Of a DNA stretch of 64,000 nt, positions 48,928 to 63,127 are shown piece by piece. The stretch is taken from positions 186,001 through 250,000 of the forward strand of contig JAPETS010000035.1 of the NCBI GenBank assembly GCA_026023565.1, read 5' to 3'. The notes beneath the pieces are model-generated. The model saw nothing but the letters and a program-made list of their open reading frames with translations. It was not told the origin of the DNA and made no database searches. Source of the stretch: Cirrosporium novae-zelandiae. Its lineage: Eukaryota. Within the stretch, counting starts at the first letter, position 1. Each line of letters starts with the position of its first letter. Made by a program: the position numbers and the translations under genes.

Positions 48928-49965
48928 ATGGCTTTATTTTCCGCTTCACCGGATTTCCTACTGTCGGGCGTTGGCATGATCACGGGTGCTGCCTCCGGTA
49001 ATCCTATCTATCCCAATGTTCCGAGATAATTTGACTGAAGAATTGTGTATTCTTGTTTCATAGGTATCGGAAAGGCCACCGCTTTCGCATTTGCTGACAA
49101 TGGCTGCACCAGCCTTGCTCTGCTCGATCTGGATGTCGATATTCTAAGAGAGATAACCGGAGACATTAAGAAGAAGTATCCCCGCGTCAAGGTGATTGCA
49201 TATCTATGTGATATAAGCAACGAGGAGATGGTCGTGCAGGCAATTGAAGAGATTGTTCATGAATTTGGGCGGATTGATTATGCAGTCAACAATGCTGGGA
49301 TCCCTGGACCCAGTGGTTTGACAGAAAGTTTATCGACAGAAGATTTCCAGAAAGTCATGGGCGTCAATCTGTTAGGTACTTGGATGTGTCAAAGGGAGGA
49401 GATCAAGGCCATGTTGAAACAGGAGCCATGGAACTCAAGGTAAATGAGAGTTTTCCAGCTTTGAAACATTATGATTTGACCATCTTATTTCTATATAGGA
49501 AATCGAGAAGAAATAGGGGCGTAATTGTGAACATGGCCTCGGGTGGTGGGCTTATTGAACCAGACGCTGAAATCACCCCCTATACAGCTACCAAACATGG
49601 AGTTGTTGGTTTTACCAAATCGGTGAGATATCTTGGCCTATTTAAAATACGCTGAAACTGAATAGATTGCAAAGGACGCTGTTCACTATGCCCCCAAGAA
49701 CATCCGTATCAATGCTGTGTGCCCTGGTGTTGTACTCACGTCTCTGTTTGGTACGGCAGGGGAGAAACGGGGGGATGCGGGAAAGATGACGCCAATAGGA
49801 AGGCCTGCACGGCCAGAAGAAATAGCAGATGCCATTGTGTTCTTATCTAGTGAGATGAGTTCATATATGACAGGGGTCGCAATGCCAATTGACGGGTAAG
49901 TTTCTTGACTGTAGTTATATAGGAAACGTGCTGACTAAGTTCACAGTGGATGGACAGCGCATTAA
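48928..49965 (+). CDS. Classical short-chain dehydrogenase/reductase; exons 48928-48997, 49064-49439, 49499-49622, 49675-49895, 49947-49965
   Basis: ITGAAS/GIG, GRIDYAVNNAG, IVNMAS, YTATK (YxxxK), IRINAVCPG and PIDG/GWTA. Four canonical introns. Confidence 0.93.
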
Positions 49966-50380
49966 GAATGCTTAAGCCAGGATGTGAGCATATGAGATGA
50001 GTGTATGATCGAAAGAGATCTCCAATCTTTGAGGGTTATATTATGTATGATAGTAAACTACGTGGTAGAATGAATGACAACATTAATTGGAAAATTACTT
50101 GATATGGACATAATTAGCCATAATTAGTGGACCTCGGTAAAATAAAAACCATCTTGTCTTCAAAGGCCAAGATTCCAGGATTCCAGGATTCCAGGATAAC
50201 TGGTTAGTCCAGCCATTATCTCTCCTTCAATAGACTAATGGAACAACCCCTTCGCGCATTCACTCCACACTTTCCTCCCCGCGCCAACACTATCACCAAT
50301 CCTTCTTCCTTTCTATTCAACCTGTCCTTCTCTTTTCTCCTATTGAATGCTTTCTTTTTAATACCAATCTTTTTGGCACC

Positions 50381-51962
50381 ATGCGCGACCTGAATCACAA
50401 AGGCAAATCGAAATTGCCGCAGGTCCTGTCACTGCCCTCGAAATGTGTGAACATGTACGCCGAGTTCATTTACAAGAATGCCAGTTCTGTGGCTCAGATT
50501 GAATCTGGGCTGCGTTCGTTGACATATATTATACCTGGTGGGTTAAATGCGCTTCCCACGGCTGAAGCCTTGATAGCTAATTAGATATAATTCCCTAACA
50601 GGTCGACAACGCGAATCTGAAATAGCCTCGGAGTCATGTAGGACTCTATGCACCTGATAGATGATCGAATTGTCTCTGACAATACATATCCTGCCATAGT
50701 ACATACGACAATCCAGCTCATCTCTCTCTACCATACAAGTCTCCTCACCCGCTCCTTCACCCAAACGCAACCCGCAAGCGTCCCGGGAAGCACGCCTCCG
50801 CCCCCCCCTTCACCCCATACCCGCTACACCAGCTACTGGACATCTCACTCCCCGCTCTACAAGCGCGTAGCCATCTTCCTACAAACAATTCAATACACAG
50901 AACTCCTATGTGAGATGGCAGCGAAGCGGCGGTCTGAGAAAACCAGATGGCACGTAGTAGTGATGCTAGAAGGCCTCAAAGCGATATGCCGAATAATACT
51001 CCTGCGGGTAACAAAATCAAGACCGCTCGTCACGCCCGCACTACCGGAAAGACCCTTCATCCCCGAAGAGGAGCCCGATCAGGTACTACCGGACGAGATG
51101 TACCCATGGAAACACCAGGAGGGCGAAAAAGACAAGAAAGAAAAAGAAAAAGAACGAAAACACCATCCTTCCTCCCTACCATCTCCACCTCCATCTCCAC
51201 ACCCTTCTCTCTCAAAGAGCAGCAGCAGTAGCAGCAGCCACGGCCCCAGTACCTGGCACATGCCACGCACGGGCCTCTCCCTCCCCGAACTCCCCTCCCC
51301 CAACGATATAACCTCGTACCTCCTATCACGGGTACTCACAGCCGACGACATAAAACCACCCATGCAGCTCCTCCACCGCCTCTCCTCCTCGCAAGGCCAA
51401 TTCGCAGAAATCCTCTCCATCCTCCGCCCCCTCATCTACGCCATCCTCCTCTCCCGATTCTCCTCGCTAGTCAAGGGAATGCGTTCCGGTTCCAGTGGGA
51501 AAGGGAGAGGCTCCTCTTCTTCAAGCAGCCTAGAGATGTGGATTCCGTGGCTTGTAGGCATCGGCTTGGAAATCGGGAGTCGGCGATTAGCAGAGCGGGA
51601 TTTGCGAGAGAAAGTTGCGGGGGGTTGGAGGGGGATGACCGGGCTAGAGAGAGAAGAGCTAGGAAAACGAGGATGGGGAATCGGCTGGTGGGCTTTAAGG
51701 GGAGGATTCTATCAAGCTATTACTCGGTAAGTTCAAGTTATTTCCTCCCCCCCCCCTTTTTTTTCCCCCCTCTTCATCTTACTATCTTACCTATCTATCT
51801 ATCCACCAAGAGCTAACCATCTATTCTCCCCATTCAAGTCCTTGCCTCACGAGCATCACAAACCGCCTCAAGGGAAAACCCCTCCTCGACCTCGTTGGAA
51901 ACGTCCTTGAAGACTACGATGGCTTGTGGGATCAGTATTACTTTTCTACTGCTAGCATGTGA
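50381..51962 (+). CDS. PEX16: Peroxin 16; exons 50381-50537, 50602-50637, 50700-51726, 51839-51962
   Basis: YAEFIYKNASSVAQIESGLRSLTYIIPG/R..ESEIASES, IQYTELLCEMAAKR, EILSILRPLIYA, LEREELGKR..WWALRGGFY, and LEDYDGLWDQYYFST. Confidence 0.93.
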
Positions 51963-53113
51963 GTGGGTAATTTAGGTTGGCCAGATGGGAACTTAGGACG
52001 GAGGTTGAGATTGAGGTTAAGGGAGAGGGGGAGAAAGCTAAGCTAAACTAGCTATCCGGGAGTTTTAATTCTTTATACATACCACGGACCCTCCCATATC
52101 TCCCTCCCTCAGCCAAGAACCAACGGGATAAGGGAAGATAAAAAGGGCACAAACAAACAAAGCGGGAATAGGTTTCATTGATTGATTGGTTGATTTATAT
52201 CCAAGGGTCAAGATAAGCAGGCAGGCAGGTAGGAAGGCGCATGATGAATGGGAATTCGGATCTGGAATGGACCAAACCAAATGGACCAAAGGGATGGATG
52301 GATAATGGATGGTTCTTTATATCACTTTATATTTACTTTTTCATTAAGCCTCCTTAATTCTTTTTCTTAAATCTAACATAGCCATAGCCATAGATACTAT
52401 CATTCCTATTATTATTTTCTATTCACAAAGTATTAAATGGAAATGGAGGAAGGAATTTGATTAATCTCTCGTTCTGGCTTAATCAATCATTCCGTCCATC
52501 AATCTATCCATTCTCAGCTCGAGGCTCGAGACTAAAGACTACAATATATAGTGTACTTGTACTTGGTGCTTGTACTTGTGCTTCGATACTATGCTATATA
52601 AACACACACACCCTTTCCACTTCTTCCTTCCTAAGTAAGGACCAACCACCTAACCGACCTTCCCCTTCACCCTCTCCCAAATTCCAAGTTCCAAAAACAA
52701 AAGAAATATATCAAGCAAGAAGTCAAGGTTAAGTAATGCTATCAAGGGTATGTATGATATTATTATGGCAACTCCTTAACCCTGCCCCGCTTTCTTGCCT
52801 CCACCAAAATGACATCCTCCTCCTCCAAACCAAAGCCAGCTGGTACTCGTTTTTGTTTGTATCCATCTTTAGTCATGAAAAAAGCCAAAGCCAAGTCCAG
52901 CCAGGTTCTCATCACCATTCGCTCTTCATCAGTTCAAAGCGCTCACGTTACCACGCTCTCATTCTCTTTTAATTATTAATTTCATCGACCGTTAACATAC
53001 GCACACCGTTATCCATTCGATCACACATGCACCAGTAGCTTGCTGCAAGTGAAGTGTCCAACTCCAATAACCAACGATGCAGAGGATATCACTGAGAGGG
53101 CCAGCCGAGTAGT

Positions 53114-53150
<37 letters not shown>

Positions 53151-53289
53151 TAATAAGATAAGACATCATCGTGAAAAGCTCGTAAAAACCCGTAACGCCA
53201 TCGCTTCTTCAGTCAAGAATACTCGCTTCTATATCGATTCGACTGTTCCTGAATGATTTTTTTCTTGTTTTTTCTGATTTTTTTGTGTT

Positions 53290-54541
53290 TTATGGGTATG
53301 CGGAGCCGGGCACGGGCATTGGCCATTCGTCCTCAGTGATGCTTGACCAAAACACCCATACCATCACTACCGATAGTAATGTGAACAGTGTTTCGAACAG
53401 CGCACCATTAACTTTGCCATCAGTCCCTTGGCAGATGTGGGTGCTAGCCACGTATTGAAATATTTGACCGATTATGAAAAGGAGTGCTGCACAAGCGAGG
53501 TAGACTAGATGGAATCGGTTAAACGGCAGGTTTATAATGGAAGAAGAAGAATAACTTACGCATTGGTTTCCTTTCTCCAAGGATACGCAAGACAAGTAGG
53601 GTCTCCAAAGCAAAGTATCCTACCAAAAATATCAGGGGCGCAAGCTGGTATAGAACATATAGACCGATATTTCGATTTGGAGCGTCCAGACTTCCATCGA
53701 AATGTCCCGTCCAGCTAAAACCAGTGTCCAGAGCAATGTAACCCGTGCCAAGGAAAAATACTAAGGCTGAGAATAGAATGAGGCCGACCGAAAGAGGCGT
53801 GCCGTCATCCAGCATTTGGAAACCGACGAAAGCATTCATTAATAATATCCATAAGGTTGCAACAATTGCAGCAATATGAACACCGGTAAAGCCCTGGTAT
53901 ACCGTTAATTCTTGAATCTTCCTAGAGATGGTCATCAAAATGGGCCAAACATACAATTCTGGCTTTATCGTTTAATGGAAAACCTCCGACTGTAAAGATT
54001 TCGCAAAGCTCAACGATAATGAAACCGATAAGGAATAGTTGCATTTCTCTGAACGATATTAGCATATACTGGGGCGATGGGGGATTGATATTCATACCTT
54101 CGGCCCACGGCGGCTTCTTTTCTTTCCGACATCCATAGGAGATATAGTGATACCAATATCGCGACAGCGCATAATAGAATTGACCCTAATCAATTAGGAA
54201 TTTGTATCAAATCTCATTCCCAAGGTAATGCTCACCCAAGTTTGTTAAATGTCTGTCACCACTTAACGATATCCCCCTCAAAGCACAGCCTCCATAGCCA
54301 TTGAGTTCATGCGACTTTGGAAAGCCTTCGTTGAATAGCTAAGGTCCAAGGGATCAGTTTTATCCATTCATACGACAACTGGAAGCGAGAATGACGCGCA
54401 GGGAAAACATTAGCATACATTACATATCGGTAGGGTAGAATCCCGACAGAAGTCCTATCAAACAATATGTCAGTCATGGTTTATGCAATACTGGATCAAC
54501 AGCATACTTACATGGAAATTACCAAACTGAGTGGACCCCAT
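53290..54541 (-). CDS. CHS7: Chitin synthase export chaperone (multi-exon, 7-TM ER protein)
   Basis: MGSTQFGNFH/DFCRDSTLPIC, SERKEAAVGR/REMQLFL, CEIFTVGGFPL, VGFQMLDDGTP, TGYIALDTG, and GALFETLFTLLSVVMVWVFWSSITED. Confidence 0.95.
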
Positions 54542-55139
54542 GACTTCTGGTTTATGGTTGAATGGAGCAAGAAAATAGCACGACGATCAGGCAGTCTTAA
54601 AAGCAATTATTCGGCAAGCGGATGATAGATGGATATAATTTAGATTATCGCGTTGGCGTAGAGTGGCAGCGGCGAGGAGCTGCAAGCACTATCTGTATGA
54701 TGTGGTGGAGCGCATGAATGAGGTGTCGAGAAACAGGGCGACCAAAAATGGATGGAAACAAGTATTTCTGGATTGAGTTTCGCAGGTGTGACGTTTGGAT
54801 CCTTAGGCTATGGCCAGCTGTAGCCTGTGGATGTTGGGAGCAACAAGTTGAGTTTAATAGCTGATGGGTGATGAGTAACGGGGATGAAGCTGAGTACGGA
54901 AGAATGGTGTTACTTCAATTGGCCAATAAATTGAAGGATCCGAGGTCACAGCAACATATAATTGTGAATAGTGCTTTATTATTTTCTTTGCGATGAGAAT
55001 GTGGTTGTATGAAGCAGATGGTCCACCATCAGAGTATTGTATGTTGTCCAAGGAGAGAAGAAAGTGGAAAGTAGCAGTGAAGGAACAAAAGCAGGCCAGA
55101 TAGGTTAGGTAAGTAATAAGTCGGGTTAGTACTCAGTAA

Positions 55140-55265
55140 GTTAGGTGGTAAGGTGGTAAGGTGGTAAGGTGGTAAAGGTGGTAAGGTGGTGGTAAAGGTA
55201 GGCAGGGCAAGCAGGGCAGCAGGCAGGACAGGCAGGGCAGGCAGGGCAGGCAGGGCAGGGCAGGG
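55140..55265. repeat. Short tandem arrays (GGTGGTAA)n and (GGCAG/GGCA)n upstream of CHS7
   Basis: Read directly from the sequence. Confidence 0.8.
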
Positions 55266-55555
55266 AAGTTTCAGGGTAGGTCAGGTAGTTCACTGTATTA
55301 CTCAAGTAGTTTCTGGGACTAGCGTCGTATGGGTTGGGTAATGCAACAATTGTTTGGATGGACTGAGTTGTCTTTTTTTTTTTTACTGCGGGAGATTGCT
55401 CAGATTGTCACTGGAGGAATTAAACCGTTTGAAGAATAGCCAAGAATGCCTGATGATGCCCATCATTAGTTTACTTTTACTCCCAAAACCTGGCAAACCC
55501 ACGCCCACTACTCTTCGCATGAATCAACTCCAGTTAAAGTCACTGGAGAGAGAGA

Positions 55556-55586
<31 letters not shown>

Positions 55587-58500
55587 ATAACTTGCTTTGA
55601 CACTACATAATATCACCCCAGCCTCTTTTGTTCTATCATTAGAACATGATCAATTATTCAAGTTGTCCTCGAGTATATAAAAATTAATTCGATTTTTACG
55701 GTATCAATGTATCAATGTATCAATGTATCAATGAGTTCATACCTCGGCAAAGGCGACGCCAACCGATTCCGTACATAAGCCACCACGTGATCATACACAA
55801 CATACTGAGTTACATATCCACACGTCAAATACCAGGATGGTAGATGGCACCACAACACACCTGGAGAATTGATAGGCTAACAACAAAATTATAGGTCATT
55901 CAAGATATATCACAATCCTGAAAATTAAAAAACGAAACCACTATTGCGCGGGATGATGAAAAAAAAAATCCCCCTTTCCAGTAAACAAGATCTATTCATG
56001 GTTGCCCCGGTACTACCAGACCTTATAATTAAGCGAGAGCCAACCTCCGTTGATTCATCATCTTTCCTATCATCCATCTTCCTTGTTGGTGTATCCATAT
56101 TTATTCATTTTTTGGGCTGTGAACCATGCTATCCACCATTCAGAGGATATTCTTGATCCTTTATGTTTGCTGACTTTTACCCTAGTTCTTGTAAAACCAC
56201 AATCCTCTTGCTAATACCAAGCGACTTGTTTCAAATCCTTGCAGTCCTGACCACACCGTAGAACACCCTGGAACTAAAAGGAGCTTCTGTTCCGATTCCG
56301 ACTTCACTTGGTCCAAGCCCTTTGTTTATGAGCATTTTTTCCCACTAACTCAATCTTGTTTGATAGTTGACGGTCAACGGATAGGCAACCACAGAGACTG
56401 AGTTTCGGGGAATCAATCAGTCTTTGTAAATATTTATGCCCTTGAACCATCTGCACATTTACTTTTTGATTTTACCTAAATGAGCAACAAACTTATCGTT
56501 TACAGAAAAGATAGATTAAGAATTGGAAAATGCATGGATGAACCCAATAACATTTCTTTATTTGCTATTGCTATTAGATATATTACATGACTAGCTGGAT
56601 ATGGAAACCCGAACCCCAGATACCTCAACTATTGATAGCAGAACTATCTTGTTTATATCTCAACCTCCAACTTCAACCATCAACCTATGATATATAACAA
56701 CGGATACAGGCCACATCCTTGGGCTGTTTTCCAGGGGAGGACATCTTCCATCACAACTACATACACACAGGGAAAGGATAAAGATAACATCGATAGTCAT
56801 GGCAAAAGAAGCAGCTACAATAATTAAAAGTCCTATTCATCAATGTTCTTCACGGATGCCAATTATTAATGGAACAAAGGCTTGAACCATTTTGTCATTT
56901 TAACAACTATTCTACCGTGGTCTACCTTACCAACTTACCAACGGTATATCCCACATACAACTAACATAGATTGCTCTCCCACAAGCAGCAAACAAGAGTC
57001 CCAAAATCCCCATGATGTCATGCCCCCAGTCTCTCTACCCAAATGATATAAAAACCAAAGGAAACCATTCACACCCATCCACCAATCTTTAACCAAACAT
57101 CCACAACCCTCCTTCAACCAATAAACCTATGGAGAGAGAGATCCATACATGTAAGATATCGGCATCGAGAAGACGAAGAAGATTGACATACATCAAACAA
57201 CATTCTCAAAACGTTACGTTAGTAAGATAGTTTGATCATAATTAGTCGGTGAAAGGTGTGAACGTATGTATTGGCTCAAGAGAGAGGTATTGCTTAGAGC
57301 TTATATTTATAAATGTGATATTTGAGTTGACTTGGTAGTTGTTTGTACCGGGGTGTGAAGATGAGGGGTTTGGAAGAACTGGATGTTATATGTCATCGTT
57401 GTTGTTGTTATTGTGATCTATAATGAAGGAGGGGGGATGGGGGAGATGAGGGGTTATCTAAACCAAGTATCAAAAAAAATACTTTAAAAGACCCATCATG
57501 GTTCACCCTCCCCATTCAATTCCTACACATTTGATTACAATCCCAACGAGATAGATAGATCCATTCCATCCAACCCCTTCATCCCCCCCCAAAAAACCCC
57601 CATTATTACAAATTTCCCTTCCTTCATTCCCTTCCAAAACTTGCGCCTAAGAAGAGAGAGAGAGAGAGAGAAAGAGATGACGAATTCGTTTTTTTCTTTT
57701 ATAACTCATTCAAGATTTGATATAAAGAAAGAAAGGGGGGAAAAAAAAGGGAGGAAGTATTCACTTAGATTTTAAATTTAAATTCCCGTTTCCCACCTCT
57801 CGTATTGATACGATACATACAGTACGTACGTATGTATGTATATAACTCATGCTCTCTCTCTCTCTCTCCCACACGTGCATATTTCTCAATTATACTACCT
57901 ATGTACATGTACTGGTTTTTCAATTTTAAAAGATTCATGGCAAATCATACATACATTAAGTATTTGCACAACGAGGCAGGCAAAAAAAAAAAAAAACATT
58001 CATATTATCCCATACCATCCCATATATATATTTCTTCTTCTGTTCCGGGGAGAACACGGAGGGGGTCTGTCAAACCAATTACAAATTTTGCAAAACACAA
58101 AAATTTAAGGATCGAGGCTGATTAGTTAGTTGGTTAGTGGATCGATATATATATTATGTATACCTTTTCAGGACCGAACTTCATAGTGTGATTTTTTAAA
58201 GTGGAGGAAGGAGTCGATATTGGTATTGATATTGATATTAATTGTAACTCGATCTATTAAGTAAGTAGTGCCAGTGTACCGTAGCTTTTCCTCTAGTCCT
58301 TCGTCCAACCCAACCTAGTCCAGTTAATCCTACTCAACCCATCCTATCTATCTCCCTACCAAAATAAATAAATAAATTCCGAATCCCGAAATCTGAAAAC
58401 ATGATGATAATCACAACCACTTGGATGTGTATATATATACTTCCCCCTTATCTAAGCAATCCACAGATTAAACAACCGATCAATATTAATTAGTTGGTTG

Positions 58501-58886
58501 TGTATCTTTTCGCGAAGAAGAATCACATATCTCATATCTCGTATCTCATATGAGGTGAAGAATGAATTGGGTGGGTGGATGGGGGATAGGGGATGGGATA
58601 GGGATATGGTAATGTATCTCGAAAAAAGAAAAGAAAAAGAAGGTATAATTGCTTGGGAGTTAGCATGAATAAGTGAGTGAATGAACATGCCCATCTACTG
58701 GCCTACCTCCTATGAGTTTTCGATTTCGATACCTACATCCAACATCCAAATGGGAGCCTAATCACACTCACACTTTGTGGTTATTATTTATATATATAAA
58801 TATAAAAGGGGGGTGTGTTGTTTATATCAATCAATCAATCGATCAGTCAGTCAATTCCATGAATTATATGACTGCTCTGCATACCA

Positions 58887-58919
<33 letters not shown>

Positions 58920-59649
58920 TCAAATTTAGTATTTAGTTCACCAAGTGAGTATCTTGGGTATCAGATCTAGATAATTAGTGAATGGTAGATGGGTAAATAA
59001 AACGGATAGACTACATATCTTTCCATCGATTGATTGGTTGATTGATTGATTGATACTGATGGATTAATAATAGTGTTGGAGAGTTTAGAAATAAAACAAA
59101 CAAACAAACAAACAAACAAACGAGTAGATATATACACCTAAGGTCCAAGGTCCAAGGTTTAAGGGGGTTCGTTGTTGGTTGGTTGGGTTAATAAGTCCTT
59201 CCCCCCCCCCCCCTTTTCTTATTTTTTATTTTTTCTCTCTTTTTTTTCTAATGCCTAGTGTTTGAGTGTTTGATACCTACCTATTTGGTTAGTAGATTGA
59301 TGAACTAAATATATAGATGGATGGATATGTTTTCTTGTAAATCCGAAATTTGAAATTTAAAGGGTGGGTATTGTGTATGTGTGTGTGTGATACTGCTGCT
59401 GTAGATATAGGCCGGGAAGGGGAAGAGGAGGAGGAGGAGGAGGAAGAGAAGAGGAGGGGAGAGGGAGGGAGGCTTCCTTTCTTATTATTACCCCAAGCAA
59501 AGTATAATATAGTATAAACCCGTCCGTGAATAGGGAACTGCATCCTGAGATAGAATGAAAAGCATGAGAATTCCTCTAGGTGTTATATAACCCTCCCTAT
59601 TTTTATGTTTCGTGTTTTTGTTGTGTCTTGCAAGAAAAAAGTAAAATAG

Positions 59650-59666
59650 AAAGAAAAAAAGAAAAA

Positions 59667-59710
<44 letters not shown>
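59650..59710. repeat. (AAAG)n microsatellite in a repeat-rich, gene-free block
   Basis: Read directly. Nearby are (CA)n at ~58890, (AAAC)n at ~59095 and (GA)n at ~57652. Confidence 0.9.
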
Positions 59711-62700
59711 GAGGGTTGTCTTGCATTATATTGTATTTGTATTGCCTATTGCCTATTGCCTATTGCATTCAGTGGTGTATTAATATAGCAATAATAACAA
59801 TAACGTACCTAATTACCTAGGTAAAGTATATTAGAAGATATCAAGGAACCCTAGAAAGAAACAAAGATCGAAATGAATAAATAAATAAATGAATACACAC
59901 GTCTAGTTAAGATAAGTTAAGTTAAAAAAGAAATTTTCGAAAGGTAGAGATGATGATGATGGTATAGGTATATAGTAAATACCCAAGTAAGCAAACCATG
60001 AAAGTAGGCCATGAAATTTTTTTTTTTCATAAAACAAAAAACCACTTTAATTAATTTCTTAGAGATAATTAGTCTAAGGCTGATCGATTAATTAATTCAT
60101 CAATCGATCGGGTTGGGGGAAGAGGTTGAAACGGGAAAGAGACGTGGGATGTGGGATTTATGCTGTGCTATGCTATGCTATTGTGCTAGGGGTACGGGGG
60201 TACAGCATAACAGCATAAAGCATGAAGGTAATCCCAGGATATGTGTACAGTAGAAGTCCTGCATCCTGCTGCATCGGTGCTGGTAGAGTACAGTACTGCA
60301 TGTATGTTTTGATTTATAATATCATCTCATGGTATGTACTCGAGCATGTATGGGGTTGGTTATTAGTATTGGTTGATATTGTATAGATGTACTGTACAAC
60401 ACTCAGGATCATGAAGATGAAGAACATGAACATGAAAAAGTGAAGCTCATCCCACAACCTGTTAACAACCAAGCAACCTTCAGACTTCCTATACATATAC
60501 CTAGGTACAGTACATATACATCCAACCCCCAAGCCAACCCCCACAACAGCCACCCCGCCCCCGCCCCTCCCGGCCAGCCCGCGGCCATCATTAAATTTTT
60601 TTTAAAAACATCCCGAAATTTTAAATGTTGAATCTACTCGAGTATCATCTATGATTCTTATTACAAACCCTAAGTTTTACTATGGCTAGTAGATTTAATT
60701 TTTTTGGTTTTTTTGTTTTGGAAAAAAGGTGGATACAGTCGTTGTAGTCGTACATATATGTACTGAGCGGATGCATACCAAGGTATGGGCACGTCATTGC
60801 GCGTATGTGGTTTGGTGATGCTGGGAGCGGGAGTGAAAAAAGGATGAAAAAAGAAAAGCATTGGAGTGAATTGATTGAAATCTGTCAAAGTATAATTGTT
60901 GTCAGTATTCCAAGAAATATTTTTTTGCTGACTTATGAACTGTGTGAATCTTGAATCTTGAATACTGAAGCCTCGCTACTAGCACGTGATAATAGAACGA
61001 ATGAATCGATCTTTGACTTGGTGGCTGGGGCCTTTCTCTCTGTCTGTGTGGGAGAGAGAACGCGCGTGGAGAGATTTATCAGAAACTTATTTCTATTAGT
61101 GGACGTGCAGAATGAAGCTGGCGATGAAAGACGACGAAAATGGACCGCTGCATACAGTACATCTCTGATATGTATGCATGGCGTGTTGTGGTACATTGAT
61201 TGTGCTACGGTACTTGCTACTGTTATGTGGTTAATGGCCTGTCTGCAGGTGATCGCTGCTGGGGCATGCGGCAGGGTTTAATCCGAGTTGCTGGGATGTT
61301 TTGAGCTAGCGAATCGATGATTTGATAGATAAATTGGTGATCATTCCGTTTGAAGTAGGATGGATGGATGTCTCTGGTTTGAGAAACGTACTAGATTGGA
61401 GTAGTGTATATGCAAAGTCTTCCTAAGCTAGCTACCATACTCTTGATAATCGGTCGTAGCTTGATTTACATATCGTTTAGTACTTCGATAGGTTGCTCTT
61501 TCTGCAGAGGTGGGGTTAGTAGAAGGATGTCTAGATTTACTGCGGTAATCAAACCGTATGTACGCATTTTCGATATGGTAGGCGATGTAGCTTGTAGCTC
61601 CCCAATTGTCTTATTAGTTCCACCATTGAGTTTTATAAACAGAACGTTCCCCTTCCGACTCCCATTTCTATGGTAAAACCATACATAGTTAATACCTCAA
61701 CTAAGAACCAAAAGCTGCATTTTTAGTTGAAACAAGATGTCGAAGATCATCTTCTCCGACATACATCTACGGGGCAACCGCATCTATGCATCTGCAATCT
61801 GGCGATGGAAGACGATAACTTTCACCATTTGCAGGGAATAAGTCGTTGGCATCGGTAGCACGTTTCTAACTTCGCTTACTATAATGTTAGGGAACCTCTG
61901 TTTCTCGACGAAAACACCAATCTGCCACTGTTGGAACCCGTAGTCCATCATCACCTTGGCTAATAGCGTTGGATTCCTCAGCAGCGAAGTCTCCATGACT
62001 GACATTCAAGGTATTCGTAGATAGGGTGTGAAAGAAGATCAGAGGGTGAAGAGGTGATTCCTGGGCTTGGATAGTAGAGGTGAGGTTTGATGGTATGGTA
62101 TGGCATAGTATGGAAACGGGATAAAGGGTTTCATAAACCTGGCTGTTCGCCCTTGTGTTGATTATCGACCATTAATTTCCTAGCTTGCAGTTGCTGTGCT
62201 TGAAGATGGTGAGATAGGCTTTTTTCTTATGTTTTTTTCTCGATTTAAAAATTTCTCCCTTTTTCCTTTCACATGACAATAGGTTATGCCGCGTGGATCT
62301 CAGCCCCTCAAAAGCTATGCGGGAAGTTAAAGACTGATTGCATGTAACTTTGGAGCATGGGCTACCCCAATACTTTTTTTATTTGTGGCTTGAATCTTCT
62401 TTTAATGTTATGTAATGCGATTTTTGATTGACTGGGTTAAAGGTAGTACTCTGGAATAAGATATTTGTTGTATTTGTGGGGAAATGTGGTCATGCTCATC
62501 CCTAGGGTTGACATTGACATCAAGCTTGCCAGAAAGCCAGATGACACAACGGAGTAGAGAAGGAAGGGTTCAATAATAAAGCGCGTACAGAATTCCTGCT
62601 GAAGGACAGGGTAAATAAAATGAATATTGACAATTAACCCTAGGAGAGTTTGTCGCGGCCAGACATTCATACAGTTCCAGGTACCTAGTGGTTAATCAAT

Positions 62701-63042
62701 TTACGATGAACAATGATTTGGCATTTGATATGTCAAGGAAGTCATCAAATAAAATTGGTGATTGATCGATCCGTGTGAGACTTAAATATTAATAGCCTGG
62801 GCCTGTAGTAACGAAGGCGTCTGCGAAGAAAGAAGTAGAGGATACCTGAGGGAAAGCGTTGACAGATAGAACACTGGTTTGGGTGTAATAAGCTGAGGAC
62901 TACCTTCTGAATGCACATCTTGTAGCTTCATCAATTCTGAGGCAAGGCTATCTGAACCTTTTGTTTTTCTTGAAATGAATGGTTCCTCTAGAAAACCACA
63001 CTTGTCTTGAGCCATTTCCCTCAAATATCTACCTAGGTACCT

Positions 63043-63127
63043 AGGTAGTTAGTGCAGTGGTTGCCCTCTGGGTAAATGTCCGACCTATTAATGACTGAAA
63101 ATGTCGGTTTGAATCCAACCTTGATCA
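63043..63127 (+). pseudogene. Possible decayed tRNA gene or tRNA-derived SINE head
   Basis: A-box-like TAGTGCAGTGG (63050-63060) and T-arm GTCGG-TTTGAAT-CCAAC (63103-63119). The acceptor and anticodon stems do not pair. Confidence 0.3.
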
